Source of the DNA: Sporopachydermia quercuum
Lineage: Eukaryota
Assembly (NCBI GenBank): GCA_001599295.1
Contig: BCGN01000002.1
Coordinates: 1,364,001-1,428,000 of the forward strand
Length of the DNA: 64,000 nt
Reading direction: 5' to 3'
In this document: piece by piece, positions 61,659 through 64,000 of the stretch
How the letters are laid out: each line of letters starts with the position of its first letter
How positions within the stretch are numbered: position 1 is the stretch's first letter
Notes under the pieces: generated by a model
The model's database searches: none
Told to the model about the DNA's origin: nothing
The model's input: the letters and a program-made list of their open reading frames with translations, nothing else
Program-made: the position numbers and the translations under genes

Positions 61659-63175
61659 GGTTCCGCCTTAGTTGTGTTTTCTTCAGTTACCATCTGTCTA
61701 TTCTCACTTTCGATCACCACAACACAACACAATTACCAATTAGCAAACAGTCACCACTACAACGACAAATCTACGTTTAGTCTTCTTCTTTGAATGCCTT
61801 TATCAATTGCTAGCATGTCAAAACTAACAAGGTGTAGTATTGCTTCATTCATCATTTACATTAATTACTACATAAAAATTCTACCTGCTTCGGTTGTTCT
61901 GTTTCTTACTCTTTAGGAGTCNGAGATTCCTCCGATTTTCTCCTTAGCAGGCATCCACAGAAACTCCCTCCAGATAAGGACCATCATGGAACCCGATATG
62001 GGATGGGATAAGAGTTCTCTTTTAACGAATAGCTGATTGATTGATTTATTGGTTACTGTAATGATATGATAATAATAGTAATAATGAAAATATATTATAA
62101 AAGAGTAGGAAGTAGACTGAGTAGTTAATTGGGTTGACTGAAGAGTACTTCAGTCATCAGAAAAGAATTGGAAATGATGATCAAACTTCGTGGTTCTATT
62201 TGGTTCGTTTGATCGTTTGATAGCCTCCAGGACAAGGAGAGATATGTGGTGATTGATGCTTGCCGATCAATTGGATATTATGAAATAATGAATGCGGCTT
62301 TTTCGGATATAACATTTAGAGTACGAATCCATGTTGATTATATTTGAGCTGTTACTATTAATGAAATAATTGACACATAGCAATTCTCTACTTGACTGGA
62401 ATCGTTTCTAACAAACTGGCCATTAGTAGATAGCGCAAGTCGAATCCTCCTCTACTAAGGCAAGAGTGGTAAGAGTGGTTTTATTGCATGTCATAACTAT
62501 CTAGTTCCTTGTTCGCCATGGCTAACTTCCTGCATTGAACAAACTATTTTGCGTCAAACTCCATTACAGACTCTTATTTATAATCATATCAAATAAATCT
62601 TCCTCTCGGTTTGTATTATTCCTTTCAGCACACGNAGAACACGAAGACTCTTTTTTTTCCGTAGCTTACACTTCACCTTGACATACGTAGACATACATAC
62701 ACTTCTAGCCCTTTTGATCTTACNGAGGAACTGTTGTATTATTTTACTCTTACACTTCTTGCTTATCTCCCAAGTTATAAAATACTATAATGCTATTTGG
62801 TTGGCAGCTGTTTTGTATGCTATATAATTGAATGTCCGGCGCACCGCAAAAATTACAAATCCAGGTTTTATTGAACCTTTGACAATAGCTTACTATTTTA
62901 TAAAAGTGAAAGGAGGGCCAGGCTTCCAATAGCAATACAAGCGGAATACTATTCAAGCTGATAGAACCAACGAAATATACACAGTTAAAGATACAGCGAA
63001 ATCGAGCATTTCTTTCCTTAGTTTTCTTATTTCTAATTGACCTGATTGGCAACTTATCTCTTCTCTCTGTATTAAATTGGAAACGATCCAGGGGCATCAA
63101 CCTTCAGTCAAATATTTAACAATAACAGAATAACTTTGATTAATTCTTTCTCCTAATATTTTCAGATCTTCATCC

Positions 63176-64000
63176 ATGTTTAAAGGTTCAGTCACCAAGA
63201 ACCTGAATCTGAACCTGATTTCCCCTATTAAATTCATCACTAGACATGCATCAACAGCTGTTCAAATCCACCCAGAGATCTCTCAAGCTGTTGCGGAGGA
63301 TAAACCAGTAGTAGCTCTGGAATCTACTATTATTACCCACGGTCTCCCTTTCCCTGAAAACTATGAGTTGGCAGTTTCTGTTGCAGACGTAATTCGCTCT
63401 CAAGGTGCAATTCCTTGTACTACTTCGTTTATCAACGGCGTACCGAAAGTAGGTCTTGATCAGAACGATCTACTCCTACTGACTGATAGAACCAGCAAGA
63501 ACTTTACACCGCCTTTGAAAGTATCAAGAAGAGACATTCCATATGTGATGAGTAGAAAGATAAACGGTGGAACAACCATAGCAGCTACAATGATTCTTGC
63601 CCATGAGGCTGGAATCAAAGTATTTGCTACTGGTGGTTTGGGAGGTGTCCATCGCGGAGCAGAAGTTTCTATGGATATTAGTGCAGATTTAGAAGAACTA
63701 GCTAAAACGCCAGTCGCTGTAGTATGTGCAGGTCCCAAAAGCGTTCTCGACATTGAGAAGACTATGGAATATTTAGAAACCAAAGGTGTTTATGTAGGGA
63801 CTATGGGTCCTGATGGAACAAATATTCCTGGGTTTTATTGTCGAGATTCCGGCGTGGCTTCACCTTTTAACTTTTCTTCATATAAGGATGCTGCTGAAGT
63901 TATTCATAATATAGACTTGATGAATCTGAAAACTGGATCATTATTTTGCGTCCCTCCGCCTCCTGATGTTGCCTTGAAATCAGATATGATTACTACTATT
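63176..64000 (+). CDS. Pseudouridine-5'-phosphate glycosidase (PsuG/IndA family), partial; runs off the window end
   Basis: PVVALESTIITHGLPFP, KVSRRD, GGTTIAATM, VFATGGLGGVHRG, DISADLEEL, CAGPKSVLDI; open from ATG 63176 to the end, so missing from the ORF track. Confidence 0.92.
   Translation, partial: MFKGSVTKNLNLNLISPIKFITRHASTAVQIHPEISQAVAEDKPVVALESTIITHGLPFPENYELAVSVADVIRSQGAIPCTTSFINGVPKVGLDQNDLLLLTDRTSKNFTPPLKVSRRDIPYVMSRKINGGTTIAATMILAHEAGIKVFATGGLGGVHRGAEVSMDISADLEELAKTPVAVVCAGPKSVLDIEKTMEYLETKGVYVGTMGPDGTNIPGFYCRDSGVASPFNFSSYKDAAEVIHNIDLMNLKTGSLFCVPPPPDVALKSDMITTI

Noticed and set aside
62750..63100. 116-aa minus-strand ORF
   Set aside because: TTG start in the track, no recognisable domain, lies in the PsuG upstream region

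Overview
AT-rich, intron-rich budding-yeast (Saccharomycotina) nuclear DNA read with the standard code (CTG=Leu at conserved positions). About 24 protein genes can be built, many only after manual splicing. In order they are PPN1, RPS18, PSP1-like, a YPL150W-like kinase, an Ecdysoneless-like gene, FUN14, MSG5-like, a secreted DPBB/Asp f 7-like protein, CUE5, GLO2/4, a PPR protein, HAL3/SIS2, an EVE-domain protein, a short Sec2-domain protein, IRC23/BSC2-like, TOM6, PMP3, DBP5, HSK3, MRPL31, SPC24, CMC1, a COM2/MNL1-like zinc finger, GTS1-like, and a pseudouridine-5'-phosphate glycosidase running off the right end. RNA genes are U6 snRNA (TATA plus downstream B box), tRNA-Ile(AAT) and a probable snR9-like H/ACA snoRNA. 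A 2.28-kb direct duplication flanking a 100-N gap is most likely an assembly or haplotype artefact. I cannot support a wholly new multi-gene system. The best leads are hidden spliced genes and micro-exons, candidate ncRNAs, pheromone-element clusters, a truncated Sec2 paralog, and genes not known from S. cerevisiae (ECD, EVE, PsuG). Family and synteny calls come from recall, not from database searches.
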